From Phaeosaccion multiseriatum (taxonomy: Eukaryota; Protista; Ochrophyta, other classes): 64,000 bases of DNA. The stretch lies in assembly GCA_965112735.1 (NCBI GenBank), contig OZ218961.1:3224001-3288000 (forward strand), given 5' to 3'. A program made the position numbers and the translations under genes. The notes under the pieces were generated by a model. It had not been told where the DNA came from and searched no databases. It saw nothing but the letters and a program-made list of their open reading frames with translations. Every line of letters starts with the position of its first letter. Positions within the stretch are counted from its first letter, which is position 1. Below, piece after piece: positions 46,329 through 58,217 of this stretch.

Positions 46329-47061
46329 AATTAGAGGTCGTGGGTTTGGAGGGCAAGGAGGCAATGAGAGCAGCCCTGAGACTAGCGGAGCGGGGAAGGG
46401 GATGAGCAGAGGCAGTGACAACAGCAGAGAGAAGCTGAGACAACTGACAACTCCACCGCAGCGCCTGCCCACCCCGGACGCATCACGGCACTTCACGGCC
46501 AAGTGTATTTTCCCATCGCAAGAAGGAGGTAGCGGCAAGAGCCAGGCAGGTGGACAATCTTGCCCTGTTGCCTGTGGACGGCAGCTGGAGCTGAAGTTGG
46601 ACGGACAAGAGGGGGTGGTGCTTCCCTGCCTTTATTGCCAGCAGGAGCAGTTACGGCAGAGCTAGACGGGAATCGTTTCCCCAGCAGGGATAACAGAAGG
46701 AGCGAACCGTTCTGATGGACTTGGAACCCATTCTGTGGGTAGCGGGGCTGACCTTGTAAGCTCCTCAGTCACCCGCTACAACCACCATCCGTGTGGGTAC
46801 TCGTTGCAGTGTGTCGAAATCACGTCTCGAGCTTGTACGACCAACTCGTCCTCCTCAAGTGCTGTGTGTGGGGGGGAAGATGCTGCGGTACCATTTTATA
46901 TATATTGTATACAATTGCGAGTGAGATTCGTTCTCGAGGGCTCTTAGAAACGAACCCGAACCCAAACCTCCCCGCCACGGGTGGCGGGGCTCCCACTCAT
47001 GACCTACCCCTGCTTGTCTGCCTGTTTGCCTGCCCGATGTCCTGCTTATCAACCATCTCTC

Positions 47062-47470
47062 TTATCTATTGGCCCTGGCCTGTATGTTGCTGGCGACGGC
47101 GCTACCGATGAGCAACTGGAGGGGGTGTATGATGAGCAGCGGGGTGGTGAGCAGGCCGAGGTGAGGGCTTCCCTCGAACATTGTGGTGAGGAGGGGGATG
47201 CCCAGCGCAAGTGTCTTATGAGAGCCCGCAAACAGCAGAGCGATGCGGTCCTCGCGGGCAAGCTGTGAAATGGGGGTGTAGGGTAGGGTATCGGAGGGTA
47301 TCGGGCATACAAAGGGATAGGGGTGGTGAGCTGAGAGAGGGGCGATCCGGGCATATGGGGCACGGCTTGGCATCGATGGTCGGGAGTGTCCTCGCGTTGT
47401 GAGGGCAAGCCGTTACACGTGCAGCCCACCCCTTGGCCAAGACACGCCGAGACAGAGAGGGAGAGAGAGA

Positions 47471-47510
<40 letters not shown>

Positions 47511-49484
47511 ACCGAGAGACGGAGGGAGCCCCCCCCCCCCCCCCCTGCTGCTACACTTGCCTTGAGCTGCGGGATGCTCGTCAAGGCGTGCACGGCCCCC
47601 AGAGTGGCGAGGTGCAGCACAGGCAACAGCCCGAACATGAGCGCTACTCCCTGCCCGGCCCCGCTCCCCGCCGCCACCGCCGCCCCGAAGCTGTCACAGA
47701 AGAAGTTAAAGGCGATGGCGATGAGGGTGAGCTCGTTCACTCGGCCGAACACCTTCTTGTGTCTCAAATAGCCCTCGCGGACTGGCCGCCACAGACGCAG
47801 CAGCTGCCCGAGGGAGAGGGGGAGCAGCACCTAAGGAGGAGGAGCGGCATGCGGTCATACGGGTAGAGGCGGGGAGAGGAGGAACAGTTTCAACGGAACA
47901 GAAAGTTTGGCATTACATTTCATTCCGTTTGATGTCAGAGGACAGAGAGTAGGAGAGCTCGGTCAGGAGAGGTCAGACAGACCTTCATGGCCAGTTTACG
48001 CACGACGGAGAGAAAGGGCAGCGTCATGCTCTCGCCCATGTACAGCAGGATGAGTGCGGGAGTGAACACCACGCCGAGCAGGTTTCCGAGGGTGGCCTGC
48101 AGCAGGGCCGCGGAGGTGTTGCCGCCCGCTGCCTGCGTCAGGATCACGCACATGTTTAGAGTGGTGGGGAGGCTGGAGGGGAGGGGAGGGAGGGAGGGAG
48201 ACACACACAAAGAGAGCGGGAGGGTGATGGGCCAGGTAGGCAGAAGGGGGGACGGCAGAAGTCCGTCAGGGGGTGGATCAATACACGCGAGGTAATCGCG
48301 GGGAGCAAGGAGCTTGAGCAGAAGCGCCCCCCGCCGGAGGCAGACAAATGAAAAAAAAGCCTCAAATGCCTCTGTCCTTCCTCACCACATCTGCGCAGGG
48401 CCGCGCCGGTCCCAGCGGTTCAAGCGCCCCGCGTGATATTTGGACAGGCAAAAGGCGTGCCGCCGGGGGGGCGAGAGAGAGAGAGGGCGAAACGGGGGGC
48501 GAAGCGGCAGCAAGAGCAGCAAGCTCCCGTCAAGTTCTGTACATAAAATGGCATTTGTTCGGCATATACACGTACGCACGCACCATGACGACGAGGCCCT
48601 TGAGCAGCGCTGGGTGAAAGAGAGCGGTGAGCTCCAGCGCCTTAGCCAGCCCCGCGCCCAGAAGGGGCAGAAAGCCGAACGTCATGGCCTGAGAGAGCAC
48701 GTTCACCTTCAGGTTTCCGGCGGCGGCCGCGAGGTCTCGGCTGGTCACGGACAGCCCCACCAAGAAGAAAATGAGGCGGACGCCTGCAGTGAGTGCAGTG
48801 CAGTGTAGTGCCGTGCAGCACAGCGCGGTCAAGGGGGGGGGGGGGGAGCAGCAGCCCGGCTTAGGACCAAACACACCAAAGCGTGGGGGAGTCAGAAAAA
48901 GGAGGCACACAAGCCACGCACGCACGCATGCACGCACCGAAGACGCCGACAGTGTACTCGGGTCTGAGAGGTCCCCCGGTGGCCCCAATGCCCGGCCTCA
49001 GCCGCGCCAGAGAGATGGCGCCCGCCATGACGAGGATGAAGAAGCGCTTGTCCACGAAGCTCCTGACGCGGGAGAGCAGCGCGGGCCGCCCGTCTGAGCC
49101 GTTGCTGCCCCCCCCCCCCCTTGCAGCTCCTCCGCGTATTCTCAGTGCGTCTTGGCGAAGTTTAAGAGCGTAAGGGGCTGCCTTCCGGGCCGTCGAAAGG
49201 GCAGCCTCACCACTGGGACCGCCCTCGCGTCCAGAGCAGCGCCATTTCCCCTCTTCCAGACTCGAAGGGCGGCTACCGCTGCGGCTACTGGTGGTAGCAC
49301 CCCAACTACCCCGACTACAGCTGTTGTGGCTAATCCTGCCGCTACTGCTACTGCTCCTTCGCCCACGCAGAGCCGCGGTGGAAGTAGGAGGTGGCGCGCT
49401 CTGCGGGAATGCCATGCTGGTGCTGCTGGTACTGCTGCTGCTGCATATCATGTACAACCCTATGCATAATCTCCGGTACCTCAT
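47062..49484 (-). CDS. Bile acid:Na+ symporter family transporter (SLC10A7/BASS4-like), probably plastid-targeted, 5 exons
   Basis: IFFLVGLSV, SLPTTLNMCVILTQAAGGN...ATLGNLLGVVFTP, LPLSLGQLLR, LFAGSHKTLALGIPL and PLLIIHPLQL; N-terminal extension with SMAFP. Confidence 0.88.
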
Positions 49485-49621
49485 GTTCGCTGTGGAGTGC
49501 GCTTGATCTTTTCCCTCCTCCTGATCATCACCCCTGTGAATAATCCTAGCGTGTTGGTACACCACTGCCAACCGTTACCCCCCCCCACTCCATATTATTA
49601 CAGCCAGGCGCAGCCAGCATC

Positions 49622-52570
49622 ATGGCGAGGGGCATAGTGAACCCGTACGGAGGAGGAGGCGCGAGAGGTGGGCGGAGGGGAGGCAGCAGGGACCTCGAGG
49701 CTGGAGCGCTGTTGGGGGCCGAGTGCCCCTCTGTGGACTGCATCAATGCCTGCCAGGTGGGGAGGAGGGGCACCTTCTTCAAGAGGCTCGTTCTGCTCGT
49801 GCTGCTGCTCACAGCCGTGGTGCTCCTTATGGGGGCACACACTGAGATCGCTGATGTGCGCGTGGTGCCCAGCCCTATGCTCTCACGGCAGGAGGAGGAG
49901 GCAGGGGCGGCTGGAGTCGCCGTACTGCACCCTTCCGGGTTGGGGATGAAGGCGCCTACAGATGCGCAGTCTTCTGGCGCCAGACAGCGGGCGAAGGAGA
50001 GCTTCGAGCAGATCACTGAGCCGGCGCACGCACACTTGGAGGAGAGGGAGGCAGACAGGAAGCTCAACATGGACAAGGACAGCAACGCCGAGGAGAGCCT
50101 GCTGCAAAGGCAAAGAGAGGAGGAAGCCGAGGCTATGCAGGAGCATGAAAAGATGCAAGCTCAAGAGCGCATGGAAGCCGAGAAGCAGGCACTGATTGAG
50201 CACGCGGAAGCAGTGAAAGCAGCAGCAGAGCAGGACGAGCAGCAGCTGCGACAGGCACAGGAGGCCGAGGTGCAGGCGCAATCTCAAAGGGAGAGGGAGG
50301 AGGAGGAGCAAAAGCAGGAGCAGCAGCAGGCAGAAATGGTTCGGAGGAAGAAGCAGAAGGCAGAGGAGGAAGAGGAGGAGGAAAAGGGGCGCCAAGAGGC
50401 AGAGAAGCGCCGACAGAAGCAGAAGGAAGAGGCCAAGGCGGAGCTGGAGGCAGAGGCATCACGCGCCCTGGCAGAGCGTGAGCAGCGCAAGAGGGACGAG
50501 GAACAGCAGCAGGAGCAGGCCCGGAAGGCCGTGGAGGTGGCCCTCGCCGCGGCAGCAGCTCAAGAGGCCGCAAAAGAATCGGCAGAGGTGGCTCCACCGC
50601 AGAGAGAGGAGGAAGAAGCACAAGCACCACCGAGCCCCCCCTCACCACAGCCAGAGGTCAGCGGCAGCAGTGAGTCCATGCCCTCAGCCCTGTCCTCGGG
50701 CTTGTCCTCGGCTCTGGCGGGCAAGTTGGCGCTGTGGCTGAGGGCCGACGAAGGAGTGGAGGCGGACCCCTCCACCGGCGCTGTACTGCGCTGGAGAGAC
50801 ATGTCGGGCCGGGGCAGGCACTTCTCGCCCCCTGCCAGTACGGCGCTCAGAGCACAGGGCCTCTCCAAGCTCGCAGACGAGGTCAGAGACTTTCGGGACG
50901 AGCACGGGGTGCCCGCCATTGGAGAAGGGCTGCCCCCCGGGGTCAAGTCGCTCCTGGCCGAGCTGGTCACGCAGGGCAAGGCCCAAGGCGGGCAGGTCCC
51001 GGGGGGGGTGGCGGAGGGGCCCCTCTTGGAGGATATGGGCAGGGTGGCCCCGGGGGGGAGGCGCCGACTGCCGCTGGTGCGCTTCCCCGGGGGGCCGCTG
51101 GTGTGCTCCGACGCCTCTCTCGTGCTGCAGAGGGACGGAATGACGCTCTTCTTCGCGCTGGCACCCCACCTCCTCGCAGACGGGGACCACGCCCCCGGCC
51201 AGCGCTTCTTCGGTACGTACCCGAGTGGGCAGTTTCGCTTCCGAGACGGGCTACCCGGTCTCAAGCTCGGCAAGCAAGACTACACGCTGCCTGCCACGGC
51301 CCGAGCAGAGGAGGGAGGGCTCCGAGCCGAGATGGAGGTGCGCCACGGAAGGCACATGCACGACGAGGCCGTCTTCTCACAACTGGCGTACCGCCTGGAC
51401 GCACAAGGCGTGCACATGTCCAGAGACGGCGCGGCGTGGCAGGAGGCGTTGTCGAGGATGGGGCAGGCGGCACCCCCTCTCTCGGCCTCCGGCGGCGGCG
51501 GTAACGGCGGTGGGGGCTTCTCAGAGCGTGTGGCCGTCGTGCTCGGGGGTGCGCAGATCAGCGGGGGGGGCTTCCTGGGGGATGTGGGGGAGGTGCTCGT
51601 GTTCGACTCCGCGCTCCCAGATGGCGATGCTCGGGCGGTACAGGCCTACCTCGCGGACAAGTGGGGGACCACCCTACAGGGCGGAGCGTGGCATGGGGCA
51701 GGGGGAGGGGAGGAGGAGGGGAAGGAGAAGAGGGGGGTGAGGGAGGTGGGAGAGGCTGCTGCTTTGGCTCTAGGGGGGGCACAAGAGGGACAGGAGGTCC
51801 AGGAGCAAGCACGGAGGAAGGAACAGGAGGGCCCAGGGGTGGACGCCGAGGTGCCCCTTGGGATTGGCGGGGGGAAGCACGACAAGGTAGCAGCCCCCGG
51901 GGTGGCAGAGGGTGTCCGAGTCGGGGAGGAGGCGGACGAGGCGGAGATTCACCTGAGCAGGAGGGAGAAGCAATACCTGCGGCAGCAGAAGGCCAAGGAC
52001 GAGCAGAAGAAGCAGACCCAGCAGCAGCGGGAGGAACACGAGGCGAGGGAGGAGGAGGACAAGAAGCGGCGAGCGCGAGAAGAAGAGGAGGAGCGGCGGC
52101 AGCACCAAGAGAGCGAGGCCTTGGACAAGAAGGAGCGAAAGAAGAAGGGGCAGGGCAACAAGAACAAGCCCGATGTGCCCCCTTCCAAGCACCACATAGG
52201 CTCACCAGACGCCCGGCACCGGCACCAGGGCGCAGCAGGGGCAGCAGGGGCAGCAGGAGGAGCGAAAGCACACGACAGCGACGCCTCGAACCCTGCACCC
52301 CCACTCCCCGCAGACAAAGTGGAGGCAGCCGCAGCAGTTGGTGATACAGCGGGCGAGGAGGGAGGGTGCGTGGTGGACGACGATGCCCGCGTGGAGAACT
52401 GGAAGCCACCCCCTGGCGCCGCCCTTCGGCCCAAGCTGCAGTGGACAGACGAGCAGGCCGCCTCCATGGGGCGCATCCGGGCCTTCGAGAAGGGCGGCAA
52501 GCAGCTCAAGGACCTCATCCACGCTGAAGTCACGCGTCTCAAGATACTTCGGCACGACCTCTTCTGCTAA
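49622..52570 (+). CDS. Type II membrane protein with coiled coils and a LamG/concanavalin-like domain, intronless
   Basis: TM segment LVLLVLLLTAVVLLM; LALWLRADEGV...VLRWRDMSGRGRHF...FLGDVGEVLVFDSAL...VQAYLADKWG. Confidence 0.72.
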   Translation: MARGIVNPYGGGGARGGRRGGSRDLEAGALLGAECPSVDCINACQVGRRGTFFKRLVLLVLLLTAVVLLMGAHTEIADVRVVPSPMLSRQEEEAGAAGVAVLHPSGLGMKAPTDAQSSGARQRAKESFEQITEPAHAHLEEREADRKLNMDKDSNAEESLLQRQREEEAEAMQEHEKMQAQERMEAEKQALIEHAEAVKAAAEQDEQQLRQAQEAEVQAQSQREREEEEQKQEQQQAEMVRRKKQKAEEEEEEEKGRQEAEKRRQKQKEEAKAELEAEASRALAEREQRKRDEEQQQEQARKAVEVALAAAAAQEAAKESAEVAPPQREEEEAQAPPSPPSPQPEVSGSSESMPSALSSGLSSALAGKLALWLRADEGVEADPSTGAVLRWRDMSGRGRHFSPPASTALRAQGLSKLADEVRDFRDEHGVPAIGEGLPPGVKSLLAELVTQGKAQGGQVPGGVAEGPLLEDMGRVAPGGRRRLPLVRFPGGPLVCSDASLVLQRDGMTLFFALAPHLLADGDHAPGQRFFGTYPSGQFRFRDGLPGLKLGKQDYTLPATARAEEGGLRAEMEVRHGRHMHDEAVFSQLAYRLDAQGVHMSRDGAAWQEALSRMGQAAPPLSASGGGGNGGGGFSERVAVVLGGAQISGGGFLGDVGEVLVFDSALPDGDARAVQAYLADKWGTTLQGGAWHGAGGGEEEGKEKRGVREVGEAAALALGGAQEGQEVQEQARRKEQEGPGVDAEVPLGIGGGKHDKVAAPGVAEGVRVGEEADEAEIHLSRREKQYLRQQKAKDEQKKQTQQQREEHEAREEEDKKRRAREEEEERRQHQESEALDKKERKKKGQGNKNKPDVPPSKHHIGSPDARHRHQGAAGAAGAAGGAKAHDSDASNPAPPLPADKVEAAAAVGDTAGEEGGCVVDDDARVENWKPPPGAALRPKLQWTDEQAASMGRIRAFEKGGKQLKDLIHAEVTRLKILRHDLFC

Positions 52571-53455
52571 AGGAGGGAGCAAGTCCTGAAGGGGCTCTGG
52601 GCACCTGCTTCATCAGGCACGGCCTCTTTGCTTCTGCTGAGGGAGGGCCTTCCTTGTTGTGAGGCAGGGGGGCGGGCGCAGTGCGCTTGGGGGGGGGATG
52701 GAAGGGCACCTGTCCAGCCCCCTTCCTCTCCTTCCTCTCCTCTCCTGTCCTGGCTGCTGAAGCTGCTACCTCCCGTGCCGCTTGGCACAGCTTCAGGAGC
52801 CGCAGCCTCAGACCTCAGCCCACAGTCTCACAGTCGCCTTCACGCACTCACTCACAGCTGCACCAACAGCCTCGGCAGGGGGGACCGTCAGACGCAACAA
52901 CAGAGACACAGAGTCACAGATGGCTGCTTCCAAGAGAGTCTCCGTGACGAGGTGCCCACACGGGGGAAGGGCAAGTGCCGACCAGTCAGTCAGTCAGTCA
53001 GTCAGTCAGACAGGCAAATGGGCAGTCAGTCGGGCAGCTCTGCAGCACTCCCTTCGAGGGGCGTAACGGACTGGATGGATGCTGAGCGACTATCCAAACA
53101 GAGCGGCCTCTGTTGGACACGTCAGCACCATCTGCTGCCATCCCCTCGTCAGCACCAGCACGTACAAGAAGAGAGACACACAAGCGAAGTAAAGTCATCT
53201 GTGACTGCGACCTGTCACAAGCGAAGTCATCTGTGACTGCGGCCTGTCACAAGCGACGAAACGGTGAAACGGTGGTCCGGTGATGCCAGCCAGCCCGGCG
53301 GTCCATTCGCCCGCATCGCTGGTGGCAAGTGGGGTGTGCAGAGCTCTTCAGCTCTTCTCAGCAATGCAATGGGGCGGGCGAGGCCGTGCGCCACACGCCG
53401 ACACGGCGGAGCGTCGACAGAGCACCACAGACAAAGAAGCATGGCAAGAGGCAAG

Positions 53456-53556
53456 AGGCTCAAGGCTCAAGGCTCAAGGCTCAAGGCTCAAGGCTCAAGG
53501 CTCAAGGCTCAAGGCTCAAGGCTCAAGGCTCAAGGTTCAAGACTCAAGACTCAAGG
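53456..53556. repeat. (CAAGGCT)n heptamer array, ~13.5 copies
   Basis: Ten perfect copies from 53461, then degenerate copies. Confidence 0.95.
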
Positions 53557-54663
53557 AAGGACAGGGCAGAACATGTCTCTTTGGGTGGACATTTACGGAC
53601 TTGGGGGTGGAGTGGTGCCGTTATTGCGGGTCATTCCCCTCCCCTTTCAAGTACATCTACAACTAATGCACAACAACACGGGAAAGAGGGTCCGCCCGTC
53701 CGTCCAGCCCAATCGCCAGCGTCAGCTCTGCTCCGGCGCCTCCCCATTGCGCCACAGCTCCTCACGGAGTCTGTTTCTGTCCTGGCGTAGCGGTGCTGTC
53801 TGGTGTCTGGTGCTGGTGTGTGGTATCCTCCATATGCCTCTGCTTCTCCCCATATGTATGCTCTGCTGCTTGTAACCGATGCCAGCGCCCCCAACCTCGC
53901 TGCCTCACGAAAGGCTCTGAATAGACTTCATGGACTCCAGCCCACAGCACATCCCTCCACGCCCATCCACTGCCATCCACTGGCAGCGCTGTCCTGCACT
54001 GCTGGAGATCTCTGAGCGAGGCGCTGCGAAGAGTCATGGGCCCCAATGGATAGCAAGCGCAAGCGCAAATTCCCTCCGGCAAAGTCTGCCGCACACGGCG
54101 AAGACCAGCCGCATGCTGTGCGATTGCGCTCTACTGTATCCGGGCCGAGAGGCAGCCACATGGGCAGGAATACGGGCAGGCACGCAGACACATAGGCAGG
54201 CAGGCACACCACAAGAAGGCAGCAGAGCCCATGCTGCAGCAGAGCCGCCTCCCCCTTCCCCTCCCTCCAGCTTGGCAGTCAGAGCTCCTCCAGCTTGGCA
54301 GTCAGAGCTCGTCGTGTGAGCGAGCGCTGTGTGCGAGGCTCGTCAGCGGTCGTCGCCAACACGGGGAGGCGCGTCGAAGCCCTCCCCCCTCCCCCCCCCT
54401 GGGCTTGAATGGGGGCACTGCCCTGCGCTGCAAAGTCTCAAAAGTCCGGTCCAAGTCGTCCTTTGCAGTGACGAGGACACGGGCCGTTCGTGCCTCGACA
54501 GCGCTCGGCAGCAAACCCCAAGCCGGCAGCGAAGAAAGCACAACAGCACAACAGCAGCACAGCAGCAGACGGCTCCCTCTCCATCTCCATCTCTCTTTTC
54601 AGGCCCCTTGGCAGCAGCACAGCAGCCCGGAGAGATCATGAGGAGCACAGACCTTGGCGAGCA

Positions 54664-55845
54664 TTACAGCATGCCGAAGAGGGGAACACGCGCCCACACC
54701 ACGTACAGCACGGTGAGGAAGAAGAGGCCCGTAGAGGCGTACATAGTAAGCACGTCAAGCGCGTCTGACACCTTGAGCCGCCGCAGAGCGCCCCCCGCGC
54801 CCTTCACCACGCCCCCTAGGCTGACATGCTCCTCCAGTGTACGCGTGAGGATGGAGTCCTGCTCCTGTAGGGTGCCCGACACGAGCGACACGCGCTCAAG
54901 CTGCTCAGCCATCATACGCCGCGTGCGTCCCAGGCTCGCCGTAATCTCCGCAGCCTGCCTCTGCTGCTGCTGTTGCCCCTGCCCCTGTCCCTGCTGTCCT
55001 GGTTGCTGGTTTCCCCCTGCCGCCCGACCCGCCACCCGCAGCCGGAGGAGCTCCTGCCGTGCGTCGGCCGCATCTGGCTGATGCTTGTGACTGTGCAAGG
55101 CCATGATGCGGCGCCGTATGTCCCTCTGCACACTTGTGGCTGTGGTCTGCAGGTGCTGCAGCTGACTCCTCTGCAGAGCTCGGGCCCTGGCGCTTCCTGC
55201 GTGCTCCGCCTCCAGCTCGGCCTCTGTCAGGGCGGCCTTGAGTGAGCTCACCGACCTGATGAGGGAGCGGTTGTGCGCCTGAGCGGCGCGCATCGTGAGG
55301 GGGGGAGGGGTGGGATGAGAGAAAAAGAGGGTAAGGAAGAGAGAGAGATGTAAAGGAGGAGACAAAGACGGAGAGCGTGAGGAGAGGAAGGGAGAGGGAG
55401 GGAGAGGGAGAGAGCGAGAGGGAGAGGGAGGGAGGGATGGAGAGAGCAGAGAGAGGGAGAAAAGAGAGAAAGGGGTCGATAAGAGAGAGGGAGAGAGTGA
55501 CACGAGGGAGAGAGAGAGAGGGAGGGAAAGAGGCGAAAGAGGGAGAGGGAGAGGGAGAGAGAGAGAGAGACGATAAGAGGGAGAGGGAGAGAGAAGAGAG
55601 AGACAGAGGCAAAGAAGGGGAGAGAAGAGAGAGAAAGAGGCAAAGAAGAGAGACATGGAGAGGGAGAGGGGGAGAGAGAGAGAGGCAAAGAAGAAAGACA
55701 TGGATGGACTCCCTTTTTATTTGTTGCTCACCTCGATGCTGACCGTCCTGGAGTGCGGTTGCTGCTGCAGCTGCCGCTGAAGCTGCTGCAGTTCACTCAA
55801 CAAGCGCTCTGATCTCCTCAGCGCGGGCGGAGAGGAGGCCGACAT
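54664..55845 (-). CDS. SEC20: Sec20-like ER SNARE; exons approx. 55732-55845 and 54664-55278
   Basis: AEITASLGRTRRMMAEQLERVS...TLQEQDSILTRT...C-terminal TM GLFFLTVLYVVWARV. Confidence 0.8.
55296..55700. repeat. ~400-bp polypurine/polypyrimidine tract filling most of the Sec20 intron
   Basis: Almost exclusively G/A on the + strand. Confidence 0.9.
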
Positions 55846-56213
55846 GCCCCTGCCTCGAAATCAATGAGAAATGAAGTTGCTTTTTTTCGGTTTCCCCTTC
55901 AGTCGTGTTTCGCTACCTTGGGGCGGTTCGGTTCACACTCTATTACGGCATTCTTTCATTCTTTCCTTCTCCTACATATCTCTCTCTGAAGTGGACGTGT
56001 ATCGGTCAGTCAGGAGTGGAAGGAAAGTAGGGGATTGGGCCTATTGATTAAGAAGAAGCTTTGGCCATGTATGATTGGGTGAGGTATTTGCACCGAGTGG
56101 GAAGGGGAAGGAAGTAATCAGGCGTTGTAGCGAGATCGGCTGCATCTTCTACTGCGCTGCGGCGACTTGTTCGCCGGGTGTGCAGCAGCAAGACGGCACC
56201 CTGGTGGGAGACG

Positions 56214-57716
56214 ATGGCCGAGCTGCTGGAGAAGCAGCAGAGGGGGCAGAGGCAGCGAGCCCCCGTGGGAGCGGCCGACAAGGTGAGGCATTGGAGAGGG
56301 ATGGGGCGTCTTGGCCTTTCTTGCTGCGCCTGGCTGCTTCGTGGTTGTCCTGGCTGCGGGCTGGCTGTTGGCTTGTGTTGGCTTGCTGTGCCCGAGACCT
56401 CCGAGCACCAGAAGGAACAAAGCGAAGGAAGGGGGGGGGGCGGCGGGAGGAGAGAGGTAGAGGGGACACGTCCCTTCGGCCACTGTCTGGGGACGGGACC
56501 ACCCTTGTGTCCCTCTGTGTGAACAGACCGCTCTCCTCTGTCGCCTCGTCATTCTACACGGAAGGCCTCTGCCCCCCCCCCCTCTCAACCCCCCCCCCCT
56601 CCTCACAATCCTCACCCTCCACAGTTCGACAGCACGGTGGAGGCTCAGGCGGGCCTCTGGATTGAGAGCGTGACAGGAGAGCCCTTCCCCCCTCACAGCA
56701 CCTACACCTTTGCCAGACACCTCAAGAGCGGCGTGGTGCTGTGTCGCCTTGCCAACAAGCTCCGCCCCGGCTGCGTGCAAGAGGTGAGAAAGAGAGGCGA
56801 GGCGAGGCGAGCTTTGCCCAAGGCAGTCTGCCCCACTGCAGCTGAGAGAGGGTGGATGGCAGTGGATGGCGGTGGTGTTCTTGTGGGTGTGTTGGTGCTT
56901 ACCCTGTGTGTGCGCCCAACCGGCCCCTCTGCCTTTGCCTCTGTGCGATCGGTGTGCAGATTCACGAGTCCCCCCTGGGCTATCTGCAGATGCAGAACAT
57001 CTCTAACTTCCGCTGCGCGGCGCTGCAGCTCGGAGTGGGCAGAATGGCCCTCTTCCACATGGAGGAACTCTTCGAGATGAAGGTGAGTGAGTGGGCCGTG
57101 GAGTGCCATCTTTTATGCATGTATGGTAGGCCGGAACACGTGGAAGGGGGCTGTTCCTACGCTAACTTTTCTGTAACTGTCACCTCCCTCCCTCCTCCCC
57201 CCCCAGGATCTCTTCGCCGTGGCGACGTGCGTGTGTGCCTTGGCCCGTGCCGTGGAGCGCTCCTGCCCGACCTTCCAGGGGCCATTCCTGCCTGCAGCCG
57301 CTGAAGTGGCGGCCAAGGAGCAGCAGTTGGTGATACAGAGGCAAGGTGGGCAGCGAGACGGAGAAGAGGACGTCGGCATGGTCTCTGACGAGGGAACAGA
57401 GGGGGCAGAGGGGGCAGAGGGGGCAGAGGGCGCCGCTGACAGGAAAGACTCTGCTCTCGCCATGACCTTGGCCATGGAGGGGGATGAGGGGGAGGAGGGG
57501 GAGGGCGACGAGGGGGAGGGGGAGGGGGAAGGGGAGCAAGAGCACAGGCAGGAGGGGCGTCCCACCCTCGACATGACCATGATCGCGGAGGGGGGGCTCG
57601 CGGGGGAGGGCATGGAGCCCGTCAAGGTGAGAACACAGGCTGAGGGAGGCAGGAAGCGGAAACTCGCAACTGCCCGCGTGGGGCCATGGGATGGGCGGCG
57701 CAGTAGAAAAGTATAG
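56214..57716 (+). CDS. Calponin/transgelin-like CH-domain protein with an acidic tail, 4 exons
   Basis: WIESVTGEPF...FARHLKSGVVLCRLANKLRPG|IHESPLGYLQMQNISNF...LF..EELFEMK|DLFAVATCVCALAR. Confidence 0.85.
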
Positions 57717-58217
57717 AAGCTCCCCAATGTCATTCTTCTCCACGGACGGCCATATCACATCGAGAATACCCGAACCCGTCCGATCTCGGAAGTCAAGCGA
57801 TGTCGAGCCGATTTAGTACTACGGTGGGGGACCACGTGGGAATCGTCGGTGCTGTCTGTTTTTTGCTGGCGAGAAGGAGCTTGGGACATAACTGGAAGGG
57901 CGGGGCGAGAGAGATTGGCTCCTGTTTTTTTTTCCTATGAATAGGTGTGCGTCGTGTGATCGAAGGAAGGCAGTGGAAGGCTACTGATGCCATCTGTGGA
58001 GCTCTGCGGGCAAGAGCACAGAGGGGGGAGACTTTCCCGTGTTGACAGCCCCCTATTGGCCCACGTGCTTCTCCTCTCCTCTCCTCTCCTCTCCTCTGCT
58101 CTCCTCTCCTCTCCTCTGCTCTGCTCTCCTCTCCTCTCCTCTCCTCTCCTCCCGTCCCCTCCCCGGCATCCACTGCCATCCACTGCCATCCACTGCCACC
58201 CTCCCCTCCCGCAGCCC

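Noticed and set aside
53456-53556. (CAAGGCT)n as an interstitial telomere
   Set aside because: Does not resemble TTAGGG/TTTAGGG-type repeats; treated as a minisatellite.
55282-55701. Leu/Ser/Pro-rich N-terminus of the 345-aa ORF
   Set aside because: Translation of the pyrimidine-rich Sec20 intron.
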